The notes below the pieces were generated by a model, which was given only the letters and a program-made list of their open reading frames with translations, was not told where the DNA came from and did not search any database. A stretch of DNA of 64,000 bases from Rhodospirillales bacterium. Its GTDB lineage: Bacteria; Pseudomonadota; Alphaproteobacteria; Rhodospirillales; SHVQ01. A program made the translations under genes and the position numbers. Positions 27,509 to 36,991 of this stretch are shown in pieces; position 1 is the stretch's first letter; every line of letters begins with the position of its first letter. The stretch is from contig SHVQ01000012.1 in NCBI GenBank assembly GCA_009694195.1, positions 591-64,590 of the forward strand, read 5' to 3'.

Positions 27509-27622
27509 AGTCTCATGCTTCGAGACGCCGACGATGTCGAGCCTATCGGTATCGACGAAGGCGAGCCCCTGGGGATCGCGGACTTCGCCGCCGAACACCA
27601 GATGCAACAGGGATTTCGCCAT
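27329..27622 (-). CDS. possible DUF4170-like remnant; only the first ~35 codons look genuine
   Basis: MAKSLLHLVFGGEVRDPQGLAFVDTDRLDIVG resembles a DUF4170 N-terminus. After that the ORF runs antisense through the DUF4169 gene with no family-like sequence. Confidence 0.25.
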   Translation of the reverse strand: MAKSLLHLVFGGEVRDPQGLAFVDTDRLDIVGVSKHETLGLGLVALFLQALRRKRLLRPLAIESKPRVLFLRAAEADAVLPRRLFLLGAGFSFPVPA

Positions 27623-27698
27623 GCAACCTCCTTCCGTCCGCTCCGGCGGCCAAGGTATCATGCCCTGAAGAACGTTCGGCGGACGAAAGGATCCTCGG

Positions 27699-28397
27699 AT
27701 GATCGATCTCTACACTTGGCCGACGCCCAACGGGCACAAGGTCCACATCATGCTCGAGGAAGTCGGGCTCCCGTACACCATCATTCCCATCAACATCCGG
27801 GCCGGCGACCAGTTCAAGCCGGACTTCCTGAAGATCAGCCCTAACAACAAGATGCCGGCCATCGTCGACCGCGAGGGTCCGGGGGGCAAGCCCTACTCGG
27901 TGTTCGAGTCGGGCGCGATCCTGATGTATCTCGCCGAAAAGACCGGCCGCTTCATGCCCAAGGACACGGCCGGCCGCTACCAGGTCATCCAGTGGCTGAT
28001 GTTCCAGATGGGCGGCATCGGGCCGATGCTGGGCCAGGCCCACCATTTCCGCGAATACGCGTCCGAGCAGGTCTCCTATGCCGTCGAGCGCTACACGAAG
28101 GAGGCGGGCCGGCTTTACGGCGTGATGGACCGCCGCCTGGGCGAGGCTCCCTACCTCGCGGGCGACTACTCGATCGCCGACATGGCGTGCTATCCCTGGC
28201 TGCGCTCGTCGGAACGGCAGGGGCAGAGCCTCGATGATTTCCCGAACGTGAAGCGCTGGTACCAGGCGATCGAAGCGCGCCCCGCCGTGCAGCGCGGCCT
28301 CCAGGTGCTCGCCGAGCATCAGCGCAAGCCCAACCAGAAGATGACGGAGCAGGAGCGCTCGATCATGTTCGGCAGCGAGCAGTATGCCCGGCGGTAA
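27699..28397 (+). CDS. yfcG: glutathione S-transferase, YfcG-like (Nu class)
   Basis: MIDLYTWPTPNGHKV...ISPNNKMPAIVD...FESGAILMYLAEKTG...GGIGPMLGQAHHF closely parallels E. coli YfcG. Confidence 0.88.
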   Translation: MIDLYTWPTPNGHKVHIMLEEVGLPYTIIPINIRAGDQFKPDFLKISPNNKMPAIVDREGPGGKPYSVFESGAILMYLAEKTGRFMPKDTAGRYQVIQWLMFQMGGIGPMLGQAHHFREYASEQVSYAVERYTKEAGRLYGVMDRRLGEAPYLAGDYSIADMACYPWLRSSERQGQSLDDFPNVKRWYQAIEARPAVQRGLQVLAEHQRKPNQKMTEQERSIMFGSEQYARR

Positions 28398-28466
28398 CGA
28401 CCTCTCCATCGCCCGATGACAAGTCTCCCACCCGACGCAGGGGCGGGCCCCATCCTTCGACTGGCG

Positions 28467-28555
28467 CTCATCATCCTGAGCATCGTCGAAGGACCCGCCT
28501 TCGCGAAGCCCGCTTCGGCGGGCGAAGGAAGGGAGGAGCGCGGCTCAGGATGAGG
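28467..28555. repeat. palindromic element, family B (CTCATCCTGAG...CTCAGGATGAG arms)
   Basis: CTCATCATCCTGAGC...GAAGCCCGCTTCGGCGGGCGAAGG...GCTCAGGATGAGG. The right arm supplies the ATG used by the 28550 ORF. Confidence 0.7.
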
Positions 28556-29791
28556 CCCGCCCCCGCAAACACGTCGCCCGCGCCCGCCGGGTCTCATCCG
28601 GCTGCGACCGCATGGTGGGCGCTCCTGGTGACGACGGTGATGCAGGCGACGATGTCGTTTGCCTTGCTGGCCCCGACCGGCATCGCGCCGGAGATCGCGG
28701 CCGCCGTGGGCGTGCCTTCGTCCTACGTCGGCTATCACGTGTCGCTCGCCTATGGCGCCGGCATGGTGATGTCATTGTACTCGGGCCTGATCATCCGGCG
28801 GTTCGGCCCGGTGCGCGCGAACCAGGCCGCGGTCACGTTCGGCGCCTTGGGAAGCCTGCTCGCCACCGCGGGCGTTCTGCCGTTGATGGCGTTGGGTTCG
28901 CTCGTCATGGGCGTCGGCATCGGGCTCACGACGCCCGCCGCCTCGCACCTGCTCGCCCGCTTCACGCCCGCCCACCGGCGCAACCTCATCTTCTCCATCA
29001 AGCAGACGGGCGTGCCCTTGGGCGGCATTCTCGCGGGGATCGTCGGGCCGCCCATCGCCGTCGCCTTCGGCTGGCGGTGGTCGCTCGTCGCGGTCGTTGC
29101 CTTCGCGATTGCAGTCGTGCTCGCGGCGCAGCCTTCGCGCGACCGCTGGGACGACGACCGCGACCCGAACGTGCGCCTGCGCGGCAATCCGTTTCATGAT
29201 CTTGCGATCGTCTTTCGGGTGCCCGCGCTCAAGTGGCTGCTGATCGCCGGGTTCTGGCTCTCGCTCGTGCAGCTTTCCTTCGTCGGCTTCCTCGTCACCA
29301 TCCTGGTGGAGGAAATCGGGTTCACGCTCCTGGCGGCGGGATTCCTGCTCTCGCTCTCGCAGGCCGCGGGCGTCGGCGGCCGCACGCTCTGGGGCTTCGT
29401 CGCCGACCGCGTGCAGAACGGCCTCGGCGTGCTCCTCGTGCTCTGCTCCGCGAGCTTCGCAGTCATGCTGGCGGCGATGACTCTCACCCCGGCTTGGCCG
29501 CCGCTGGCCGTGCAGATCCTGTTCGTGCTGCTGGCGCTCACGGCGGTCGGCTGGAACGGTGTGCACGTGGCGGAAACCGCGCGGCTCAGCCCGCCCGGGC
29601 TGGTCGGCGCCGCGACGGGCGCGTCCGTGTCGCTCGTGGGCCTGGGTGCCCTGGTCGGGCCGTCGTCGTTCGCGACCGTCTACAACATCATCGGCAGCTA
29701 CGCCCACGCGTTCGGGCTGCTCGCCGTCGCCGGTGCATTCTCGATCGTCTGCCTCTGGCTCAGCCGCGCGGCCGCCAAGGGCGACGCTTAA
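28550..29791 (+). CDS. MFS transporter
   Basis: About 12 predicted hydrophobic helices. The start is uncertain because the track ATG lies inside repeat B; an alternative Met lies at VMQATMSF. Confidence 0.85.
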   Translation: MRPAPANTSPAPAGSHPAATAWWALLVTTVMQATMSFALLAPTGIAPEIAAAVGVPSSYVGYHVSLAYGAGMVMSLYSGLIIRRFGPVRANQAAVTFGALGSLLATAGVLPLMALGSLVMGVGIGLTTPAASHLLARFTPAHRRNLIFSIKQTGVPLGGILAGIVGPPIAVAFGWRWSLVAVVAFAIAVVLAAQPSRDRWDDDRDPNVRLRGNPFHDLAIVFRVPALKWLLIAGFWLSLVQLSFVGFLVTILVEEIGFTLLAAGFLLSLSQAAGVGGRTLWGFVADRVQNGLGVLLVLCSASFAVMLAAMTLTPAWPPLAVQILFVLLALTAVGWNGVHVAETARLSPPGLVGAATGASVSLVGLGALVGPSSFATVYNIIGSYAHAFGLLAVAGAFSIVCLWLSRAAAKGDA

Positions 29792-29799
29792 TACCGCCG

Positions 29800-29877
29800 C
29801 GTCGTTCCCGCGAAAGCGGGAACCCAGAGCATTCCGCAATCAAGTTGGACCCCGGCTCAAGAATGGCCGGGGTGACG
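29800..29877. repeat. REP family A element
   Basis: CGTCGTTCCCGCGAAAGCGGGAACCCAG...GGACCCCGGCTCAAGAATGGCCGGGGTGACG. Confidence 0.8.
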
Positions 29878-29885
29878 AAGCCGTC

Positions 29886-30893
29886 CTAAATCAACCCGGC
29901 GAGCGGCGACGACGGATCGGCGTAGCGCTTCTTCGGCATCCGGCCGGCGAGATAGGCGAGCCGCCCCGCTTCGACAGCGCATTTCATCGCGCGCGCCATC
30001 TTGACCGGGTCCTTGGCCTCGGCGATGGCGGTGTTGACGATGAGCCCGTCGCAGCCGAGCTCCATGGCGATCGCCGCGTCAGACGCGGTGCCGACGCCGG
30101 CATCGACGAGCACCGGCACCTTCGCCTGCTCGATGATCATGCGGATCATCACCGGGTTCTGGAGGCCGAGGCCGGAGCCGATGGGCGCCGCGAGCGGCAT
30201 GATGGCGCAGCAGCCGAGCTCTTCCAGGCGCTTCGCCATGATCGGGTCGTCGTTGCAGTAGACCATGACCTGGAAGCCCTCCTTGACGAGGACTTCGGCC
30301 GCTTCCAGCGTCTCGATCATGCGCGGATAAAGCGTCTTCGGGTCGCCCAGCACTTCCAGCTTGACCAGGTCCCATCCGCCCGCCTCGCGCGCGAGCCGGA
30401 GGGTGCGGAGCGCCTCGTCGGCCGAGTAGCACCCGGCCGTGTTGGGCAGGTACGTGTATTTCTTCGGGTCGATGTAGTCGACCAGCATGGGCTGCTTCGG
30501 GTCCGTGAGGTTCACCCGGCGGACGGCGACGGTGACGATCTCGGCGCCCGAGGCTTCGAGCGCGCGCGCGTTCTCCTCGTAGGTCTTGTACTTGCCGGTG
30601 CCGACGATGAGGCGCGAGCGGAAGCGCCGCCCGGCAACCTCCCAGGTATCCTCCGGGGCAGCCGCGTGTGCAGATTTCGGCGCATCGTCAGGGGCGCCGC
30701 CGCCGATGAAGTGCACGATCTCCAGCCGGTCGCCCTCGCCGAGACGGGTCTCCGCGTAGCGCGACTTCGGCACGATCTCGAGATTGCGCTCGACCGCCAC
30801 CTTGCGGCCGTCGAGGCCGATGCGGCCGAGAAGCTCGGCGACCGTGAGCGGCCCGTCGAACGTTTTCGGATCACCGTTGACCGTGAGCTGCAT
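29886..30893 (-). CDS. thiG: fused sulfur-carrier ThiS / thiazole synthase ThiG
   Basis: The N-terminal 66 aa are ThiS-like and end in [10 protein letters not shown] ~17-aa Ala/Pro linker follows, then the ThiG body (LIVGTGKY...PNTAGC...[11 protein letters not shown]...VDAGVG). One uninterrupted ORF. Confidence 0.88.
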   Translation of the reverse strand: MQLTVNGDPKTFDGPLTVAELLGRIGLDGRKVAVERNLEIVPKSRYAETRLGEGDRLEIVHFIGGGAPDDAPKSAHAAAPEDTWEVAGRRFRSRLIVGTGKYKTYEENARALEASGAEIVTVAVRRVNLTDPKQPMLVDYIDPKKYTYLPNTAGCYSADEALRTLRLAREAGGWDLVKLEVLGDPKTLYPRMIETLEAAEVLVKEGFQVMVYCNDDPIMAKRLEELGCCAIMPLAAPIGSGLGLQNPVMIRMIIEQAKVPVLVDAGVGTASDAAIAMELGCDGLIVNTAIAEAKDPVKMARAMKCAVEAGRLAYLAGRMPKKRYADPSSPLAGLI

Positions 30894-30973
30894 CGATCCG
30901 TCCTGTCGGCTAAACCACCCCTAACCTATGGCGATGGCTGGGCGCTTTCAACTGCCTGGGTAAGCGTTCTCCC

Positions 30974-31030
30974 CGTCACCCCCGCGAACGCGGGGGTCCA
31001 GTCTGGATGCCCGCTTGCGCGGGCATGACG
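30974..31030. repeat. REP family A element
   Basis: CGTCACCCCCGCGAACGCGGGGGTCCAGTCTGGATGCCCGCTTGCGCGGGCATGACG. Confidence 0.8.
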
Positions 31031-31116
31031 AAATGGGGGCGGAAACGCGAATGTTTTTGCCGCGCGCAAGCCCATGCTATAAAGCGGCCAATCTCTGAAG
31101 GGGCTTCCCGCCGACG

Positions 31117-31593
31117 ATGCCGAAGAAAATTCTGGTCCTCAACGGACCCAACATCAACCTCTTGGGCAAGCGCGAGCCGTCCATTTACGGCCGCGAGACG
31201 CTGGCCTCGATCGAGTCCGCCTGCCGGAAACGGGGCACGGCGCTCGGGCTGGCGGTCGAGTTCCGCCAGAGCAACCTGGAAGGCGAGCTGGTCGGCTGGA
31301 TCCAGGACGCGGCCTACGGGGGCCCGAAGGGCAAGCAGACCTTCGATGCGATCGTGCTCAATGCCGGCGCCTACACCCACACCTCGATCGCGATCATGGA
31401 CGCGCTCAAGGCGGCCGCGCTCCCGGTCATCGAGGTGCATCTTTCCAACGTCCATAAGCGCGAGAAGTTCCGCCATCGATCCTACGTTTCGCCCGTCGCC
31501 GAGGGCGTGATCTCCGGTTTCGGCGGCCACGGCTACGAGCTCGCGCTCGAGGCGGCGGCACGGCGCCTGAAGCCGTCCGGCCGCCGGCGATAG
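31117..31593 (+). CDS. aroQ: type II 3-dehydroquinate dehydratase
   Basis: ILVLNGPNINLLGKREPSIYG...NAGAYTHTSIA...EVHLSNVHKRE. Confidence 0.93.
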   Translation: MPKKILVLNGPNINLLGKREPSIYGRETLASIESACRKRGTALGLAVEFRQSNLEGELVGWIQDAAYGGPKGKQTFDAIVLNAGAYTHTSIAIMDALKAAALPVIEVHLSNVHKREKFRHRSYVSPVAEGVISGFGGHGYELALEAAARRLKPSGRRR

Positions 31594-31604
31594 AGAGAGT
31601 CCAG

Positions 31605-32087
31605 ATGGCGAAGACGGGCAAGCCCTCCTCCGATATCGACGCCGACCTCGTCCGCAAGCTCGCGCGCCTCCTGGAGGAGACCGGGCTCTCGGAGATCGAG
31701 TTCGGCAAGGAGGACTGGCACATCCGCGTCGCCAAGGGCGCGTCCGTCTCGGCCGTGGCGCCGGGCGCGCCGGCTGCTGCGCCCGACGTCGTCACCACCC
31801 AGCTCGACGGAGCGGCGGCGGCGATCGCCGATGCCGCGGCGCTCGCCAGCCATCCGGGAGCCGTCACCTCGCCCATGGTCGGCGTCGCCCATCGGTCGAA
31901 GGACGCCGGCAGCGCGCCCTTCGTGACGGAAGGGGACGCCGTCCGCGAAGGCGACACGCTGCTCCTGATCGAGGCCATGAAGGTCTTCAACCCCATTCAC
32001 GCCCCGCGCTCCGGCAAGGTCGTCCGCATCCTGGTCGAGAACGGAACGCCCGTGGAGTTCGGCGAGACACTCCTGGTCATCGAGTAG
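31605..32087 (+). CDS. accB: acetyl-CoA carboxylase biotin carboxyl carrier protein
   Basis: Ala/Pro linker and the biotinylation motif IEAMKVFN. Confidence 0.92.
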   Translation: MAKTGKPSSDIDADLVRKLARLLEETGLSEIEFGKEDWHIRVAKGASVSAVAPGAPAAAPDVVTTQLDGAAAAIADAAALASHPGAVTSPMVGVAHRSKDAGSAPFVTEGDAVREGDTLLLIEAMKVFNPIHAPRSGKVVRILVENGTPVEFGETLLVIE

Positions 32088-32089
32088 CC

Positions 32090-33436
32090 ATGCTGGAGAA
32101 GGTGCTCATCGCCAACCGCGGCGAGATCGCGCTCCGAATTCTCCGCGCCTGCCGCGAAATGGGCATCAAGACCGTCGCCGTCCACTCGACCGCGGACGCG
32201 GATGCCATGCACGTGCGGCTGGCGGACGAATCCATCTGCATCGGCCCACCACCCGCCCGCGACAGCTATCTCAACATGACGGCGGTCCTCTCGGCCGCCA
32301 CCATCTCGAACGCGGACGCCATCCACCCGGGCTATGGGTTCCTTTCCGAGAACGCCGACTTCGCCGAGATGGTGGAGGAGCACGGCTTCACGTTCATCGG
32401 GCCCTCGCCCGACCACATCCGGCTGATGGGCGACAAGATCGCGGCGAAGCGGGCGATGCGCGCGGTCGGCGTGCCGACCGTGCCCGGGTCGGACGATCCG
32501 GTCAGCGACGCCGACGCCGCCGCGATCGCCGACGAGATCGGGTATCCCGTCCTCATCAAGGCGACGGCCGGTGGCGGCGGCAAAGGCATGAAAGCGGCGA
32601 CGTCGCGCGACGAGCTTAAATCGGCCCTCGACCTTGCGCGGGCCGAGGCGCATGCCTCTTTCGGTAACAGCGACGTTTACTTCGAGAAGTTTCTCGCAAC
32701 CCCCCGCCACATCGAAGTCCAGATCCTGGCGGACCATCATGGCGCGGTCGTCCACTTGGGCGAGCGCGATTGCTCGATCCAGCGGCGCTACCAGAAGCTG
32801 GTGGAAGAGGCGCCCTCGCCGGCCCTCAACGAAAACCAGCGGCGCGAGATCGGCCGCGTCTCCAGCGAAGCCGTCCGCGCGCTCGGCTACCGGAGCGCCG
32901 GCACCATCGAATACCTTTACGAGGACGGCCGGTTCTATTTCATCGAGATGAACACGCGCCTCCAGGTCGAGCACCCGGTCACCGAGATGATCTGCGGTCT
33001 GGATATTGTCCGGGAAATGGTGCGGATCGCCGGCGGATCGTCCCTTGGCTTCACCCAGGACGAGGTCCGCTTCTCCGGCCACGCGATCGAGTGCCGGATC
33101 AACGCCGAGCACCCGTTCACCTTCAAGCCGTCGCCGGGCCAGGTCGAGACCTACCACGCGCCCGGCGGCCTCGGCGTGCGCGTCGATTCGGCGATCTACT
33201 CCGGCTACAAAATCCCCACCTATTACGACAGCATGATCTCCAAGCTGATCGTCCACGGGAACAACCGAAACGAGTGCCTGATGCGGCTCCGGCGCGCGCT
33301 CGCCGAGTACGTGATCGACGGCATCGAAACGACGATCCCGCTCCATCAACGGCTGATCGCCGAGCCCGCCTTCGTCAACGGCGACTACCACATCCGCTGG
33401 CTCGAGACCCTCGTCCAGAGGATCGGCCGTGAGTAG
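32090..33436 (+). CDS. accC: acetyl-CoA carboxylase biotin carboxylase subunit
   Basis: [17 protein letters not shown]-grasp [21 protein letters not shown]. Confidence 0.95.
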   Translation: MLEKVLIANRGEIALRILRACREMGIKTVAVHSTADADAMHVRLADESICIGPPPARDSYLNMTAVLSAATISNADAIHPGYGFLSENADFAEMVEEHGFTFIGPSPDHIRLMGDKIAAKRAMRAVGVPTVPGSDDPVSDADAAAIADEIGYPVLIKATAGGGGKGMKAATSRDELKSALDLARAEAHASFGNSDVYFEKFLATPRHIEVQILADHHGAVVHLGERDCSIQRRYQKLVEEAPSPALNENQRREIGRVSSEAVRALGYRSAGTIEYLYEDGRFYFIEMNTRLQVEHPVTEMICGLDIVREMVRIAGGSSLGFTQDEVRFSGHAIECRINAEHPFTFKPSPGQVETYHAPGGLGVRVDSAIYSGYKIPTYYDSMISKLIVHGNNRNECLMRLRRALAEYVIDGIETTIPLHQRLIAEPAFVNGDYHIRWLETLVQRIGRE

Positions 33437-34115
33437 GCCGGGCGCCCCCCGCTACCGCCTCACGCCCGAGCTCCTGCTGCGCGCCTATGCCGCCGGCATC
33501 TTCCCGATGGCGGAGAGCCGGCACGACAAGGCAATCTTCTGGGTCGACCCGCGGCGGCGGGGGGTCCTGCCCCTCGACCGCTTTCACGTGCCCCGCAAGC
33601 TGCGCCGGACCGTCCGCCAAGCGCCGTTCGACATCCGCTGCAGCACCGATTTCGAGGCGGTGATCGCGGCCTGCTCGGAACCCGGCCAGGGCCGGCGCAA
33701 CACGTGGATCAACGACGAGATCCTGCACGCCTATGTAGAACTGCATCACCGGGGCTTCGCCCACTCGGTCGAGTGCTGGCGCGACGACCGCCTGGTCGGC
33801 GGGCTCTACGGGGTGAGCCTGGGCTCCGCGTTCTTCGGCGAAAGCATGTTTTCGCGCGAAGCGGACGCGAGCAAGATCGCGCTCGTCCACCTCGTGGCGC
33901 GGCTCCGCATCGGGCGGTTCCGCCTCCTCGACACCCAGTTCGTGACCGACCACCTGCGCCAGTTCGGCGTGGTCGAAATCTCCGGGCGGGAATACCTGGG
34001 GCTGTTGGAAGACGCGCTCCGCTATCAGGCGGCCTTCTATTCGGGCGCCGATCCCTTGGTGCTCGGTGACACGCTGGAGGGCTTGTTCCGGCAGTCGAGC
34101 ACCCAGACGTCGTAG
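33429..34115 (+). CDS. aat: leucyl/phenylalanyl-tRNA-protein transferase
   Basis: [45 protein letters not shown]. An 8-nt overlap with accC. Confidence 0.9.
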   Translation: MSRPGAPRYRLTPELLLRAYAAGIFPMAESRHDKAIFWVDPRRRGVLPLDRFHVPRKLRRTVRQAPFDIRCSTDFEAVIAACSEPGQGRRNTWINDEILHAYVELHHRGFAHSVECWRDDRLVGGLYGVSLGSAFFGESMFSREADASKIALVHLVARLRIGRFRLLDTQFVTDHLRQFGVVEISGREYLGLLEDALRYQAAFYSGADPLVLGDTLEGLFRQSSTQTS

Positions 34116-34462
34116 ACGGCGTGCTCGAGCGCCGAGAGCGCCGGGCTGGACGCGAACATCCAGCCGCGGAAGACGCTGACCGTCGGCTCGCCCCGGCGGA
34201 CCTCCCAGATGTCGAGAAAGGCGACGCTCTCGGGCGTCTCTTCCGGCGGCCGCTTGTCGCAGGTGCGGGCGATGATCTCGAGGGTCCCGAAACGGACCAC
34301 GTCGCCCAGCGGCACCTCGATGGTGGAGACCCGCGCGGTGACCTTGTCGAGCCCTTGCAGGACGGCCACGTCGTAGGGCGCCGCCTGCACCGCAACCGCC
34401 GCCAGCGTAAGACCGCCCGTGAGAGCCGCGGCGAATAATTTTCGGTAACCGTCAGACCACAT
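34037..34462 (-). CDS. DUF2155 domain protein (secreted)
   Basis: Signal peptide, then [20 protein letters not shown]...[13 protein letters not shown]...[25 protein letters not shown]. The tail overlaps the aat 3' end by 79 nt (convergent). Confidence 0.75.
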   Translation of the reverse strand: MWSDGYRKLFAAALTGGLTLAAVAVQAAPYDVAVLQGLDKVTARVSTIEVPLGDVVRFGTLEIIARTCDKRPPEETPESVAFLDIWEVRRGEPTVSVFRGWMFASSPALSALEHAVYDVWVLDCRNKPSSVSPSTKGSAPE

Positions 34463-34573
34463 GCAATCGCGATTGAATTTTGTTTCAAGGACTTGAGGAG
34501 AATTCCTAAGACACCACGGAAGCATGGCGAACATAAGGCAACCGACGGCGCCCTTCGAGTCGCTTGGAAGAAA

Positions 34574-35383
34574 CTAGGGTTCGCGCCCGGCCGGTTTCAA
34601 GGCCGAAAAGCGGAGTCGGACGTAGTCGGCCCGCCAGCCGCCGTTGGGGTCCCGCAAGACCGGCCGGGCGGCGGCCTCCACGTCGGCGATGAGGGCCGCC
34701 CGCTCGTCGTCGGCGACCGCCGCGAGAAAGCTTTCGCAGAATGTCTCCACCCAGGCGCCGAGCGCGCCCGGAAGCGGCGTCATGCGCGGGATCAGCGCGA
34801 TCGCGCGAACGGTGAACCCCGCCCGTTCGAGCTTCCCGCCATACTCGGCCTCGTCCGGGAAATACCAGGGGTCGAGGCGGGCGGCGTCGATGCCGCGCCG
34901 CGAAAGCGCTTCCTTCAGCGCGGCCATGATGGCGACGATGTTGCCCTTGCCGCCCATTTCGCCCACGAAGCGGCCCCCGGGCTTGAGCGCGCGGAACACG
35001 CCCGCGATGGCGGCGTCGGCGTCCTTCACCCAATGGAGCGTCGCATTGCTGAACACGGCATCGAACTCGGCCGCGAACGCGAGGCGCGTGGCATCCATCA
35101 CGTGCGCATCGAGGCCGCGCCGCCGCGCCGCCTCCACCTGGTCCGGGCTCGCGTCCACGCCGACCGCGCGAACCCCTCCCTGGACGAGCTTTTCCGTGAG
35201 CGCGCCGTCGCCGCAGCCGAGATCGAGAACGCGCTCGCCTGCGGCGGGCGCCAGAAGATCGAGGACGGGGGCGCCGAGATCGGAGACGAAGCGGGCGTTG
35301 CGGGCGTAACGGTCGGGGTCCCAATGCTGGGTCCCGCGGGTGAGCGCCTTACTTTTTTGCGTTATTGCCGCCACTCGCTTCAC
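34574..35383 (-). CDS. class I SAM-dependent methyltransferase (Tam-like)
   Basis: WDPDRYARNARF, SAM motif I VLDLGCGDG, and LKPGGRFV. The start is uncertain; the track start overlaps the upstream mlaD-like stop by 35 nt. Confidence 0.8.
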   Translation of the reverse strand: MKRVAAITQKSKALTRGTQHWDPDRYARNARFVSDLGAPVLDLLAPAAGERVLDLGCGDGALTEKLVQGGVRAVGVDASPDQVEAARRRGLDAHVMDATRLAFAAEFDAVFSNATLHWVKDADAAIAGVFRALKPGGRFVGEMGGKGNIVAIMAALKEALSRRGIDAARLDPWYFPDEAEYGGKLERAGFTVRAIALIPRMTPLPGALGAWVETFCESFLAAVADDERAALIADVEAAARPVLRDPNGGWRADYVRLRFSALKPAGREP

Positions 35384-35825
35384 CGCCCGTGGCGAGGAAG
35401 ATGATCTCGCCCACCTGGTCCTCGAGCGAGCGGAAATCCCGGGTTTGCGAGATCTTCCCGCCGGGCGGTAGGTAGGTCGTGGCCTTGCCCGGGTCGAGGC
35501 GGACGTACTTGTTGCCGACGATTCCCTCGCTCGCGATGAGGGCGACCGTGTCGGTCGGCAACTTGACCTCGGCCGCGATCGACATGGTGACCACGGCGTC
35601 GAACGTCTTGAGGTCGAGGCGGGTGTCGGTCACGGTCCCGATCTTGATCCCGCTGATGCGGACGTCGCCGCCCTTGTTGAGCCCGCCGATCTTGTAGAAC
35701 GACGCCGACACCGGATAGCCCGAGACGGACCGCACTTCGGCCGTCTTGTATGCGAAATAAAGAAACATGGCGGCGACCACGAGCACCACTCCGCCGAGAA
35801 TCGATTCGACCGCGTGTTTTCCCAT
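35349..35825 (-). CDS. MlaD-family (MCE domain) protein, paralog 1
   Basis: N-terminal TM anchor and an MCE domain (GGLNKGGDVRISGIKIGTVT...LPTDTVALIASEGIVGNKYVRLDPG). Confidence 0.85.
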   Translation of the reverse strand: MGKHAVESILGGVVLVVAAMFLYFAYKTAEVRSVSGYPVSASFYKIGGLNKGGDVRISGIKIGTVTDTRLDLKTFDAVVTMSIAAEVKLPTDTVALIASEGIVGNKYVRLDPGKATTYLPPGGKISQTRDFRSLEDQVGEIIFLATGGEASGGNNAKK

Positions 35826-35856
35826 GGGCGCCTCTTCCTCTGTTCCGCCGCCTCCC

Positions 35857-35955
35857 CCTTCGAGACGGCCGCCTCAGCGGCCTCCTCAGGGTGAGGCAGT
35901 TTTTTTGTTTCCTCATCCTGAGGAGGTTGCGAAGCAACCGTCTCGAAGGATGAGG
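35857..35955. repeat. two family B palindromic units in inverted orientation
   Basis: CCTTCGAGACGGCCGCCTCAGCGGCCTCCTCAGGGTGAGG-cagtttttttgttt-CCTCATCCTGAGGAGGTTGCGAAGCAACCGTCTCGAAGGATGAGG. Confidence 0.75.
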
Positions 35956-35973
35956 CCGTAAAAGAAATCCCCG

Positions 35974-36441
35974 TTAGGGCGATTTTTTCCGCTTCGATTT
36001 GCCTTCGGCGATGATCATGTCGAGGAGATCGCTGACGATCACGGCCTCCTGCGCGTAGGAGATGTGATCGCCGTCCTTCAGATGTTCCTCTTCGCCGCCC
36101 GGCTCGAGGACGACGAATTTGGACCCGAACAGTCCGTCCGTATGGATGGCGACCGAGGTGTCGGCCGGCAGGCGCACCCAGGAATCGATCTTGAACGTGA
36201 CGACGGCGCGATAGCTCTGATCGAGCGCCTGGCGATCCACCCGGCCGATCCGGATGCCGCCGAGCTGCACCTGGTCGCCGGTGAGCAGACCGTCCACCTT
36301 GTTGAAGGTGGCGGTCAGCCGGTAACTGCCGCCCGCGGCCTCGGCCGTCCATTCGCGGCCGCCGTAGAAATAGACGAACACGAGCGCCAGGACCGCGACC
36401 GCGAGCGCGCCGGCGAATATCTCTTTCGTTTGCTGGCTCAT
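35974..36441 (-). CDS. MlaD-family (MCE domain) protein, paralog 2
   Basis: TM anchor and an MCE domain (VDGLLTGDQVQLGGIRIGRV...LPADTSVAIHTDGLFGSKFVVLEPG). Roughly 30% identical to paralog 1 by eye. Confidence 0.85.
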   Translation of the reverse strand: MSQQTKEIFAGALAVAVLALVFVYFYGGREWTAEAAGGSYRLTATFNKVDGLLTGDQVQLGGIRIGRVDRQALDQSYRAVVTFKIDSWVRLPADTSVAIHTDGLFGSKFVVLEPGGEEEHLKDGDHISYAQEAVIVSDLLDMIIAEGKSKRKKSP

Positions 36442-36448
36442 GCTCGGG

Positions 36449-36805
36449 CTATTCGGGCCGCCAGGGCTCGTAGTCGCCCGTCGCCGGCGCCCGCCGCCCG
36501 CCCTTCAGCTCGTGGCCCCGCGGCCGGTAAGCCTCAGCGGTCCCCGTGAGATTGGGCACATGCCGTTTCTGCCAGGACTTCGCCTGGGCCGCGGCCTGGC
36601 TCAACGGCTCGTCGGTCGTGTAGTGCAACCAGGCATGCCATTCCGGCGGCACGGTCGAGGGGTCGGGCGTGCCTTTGTAAACCACCCACCGGCGCTCGCG
36701 CCCCCAGAGGGGGTGGTGCTTGCTCCGGTAATAGCGATTGCCGAACTCATCGACGCCGACAAGCTCGCCCCGCAGCAGCGTGTAGAGCAGTGTCCCGATA
36801 TCCAT
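36449..36805 (-). CDS. NDUFA12-like protein (NADH:ubiquinone oxidoreductase subunit family)
   Basis: VGVDEFGNRYYR...RRWVVY...VPPEWHAWLHYTTD. Confidence 0.88.
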   Translation of the reverse strand: MDIGTLLYTLLRGELVGVDEFGNRYYRSKHHPLWGRERRWVVYKGTPDPSTVPPEWHAWLHYTTDEPLSQAAAQAKSWQKRHVPNLTGTAEAYRPRGHELKGGRRAPATGDYEPWRPE

Positions 36806-36840
36806 CCCACTCAGCCTTGCGACCCGTCGGTTCTCTTTTT

Positions 36841-36912
36841 GTCATGCCCGGCCTTGTGCCGGGCATCCACGCCTTTAAGACGTGGATCGCCGGGTCAAGC
36901 CCGGCGATGACG
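36841..36912. repeat. REP family A-related triple-hairpin element
   Basis: GTCATGCCCGGCcttgtGCCGGGCATCCACGcctttaagaCGTGGATCGCCGGGtcaaGCCCGGCGATGACG. Confidence 0.7.
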
Positions 36913-36991
36913 AGGATTGGAGTTCCGCCCCCGCTGGAATATCGCATTTGGGCTCCCCCAGGTCCAGCCCGCGCGCCCGAGCTTTCGCTTT

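Noticed and set aside
30894-30973. Searched for a TPP riboswitch upstream of thiS-thiG
   Set aside because: The only weak resemblance is TAGGGGTGG. The conserved CUGAGA and ACCUGAU...GCCAGCG blocks are absent. A covariance-model scan would be decisive.
34037-34115. 79-nt convergent overlap of the aat and DUF2155 3' ends
   Set aside because: Both genes extend past their conserved cores with unconserved-looking tails. This probably just reflects late stop codons in GC-rich sequence, so it is not reported as a finding.
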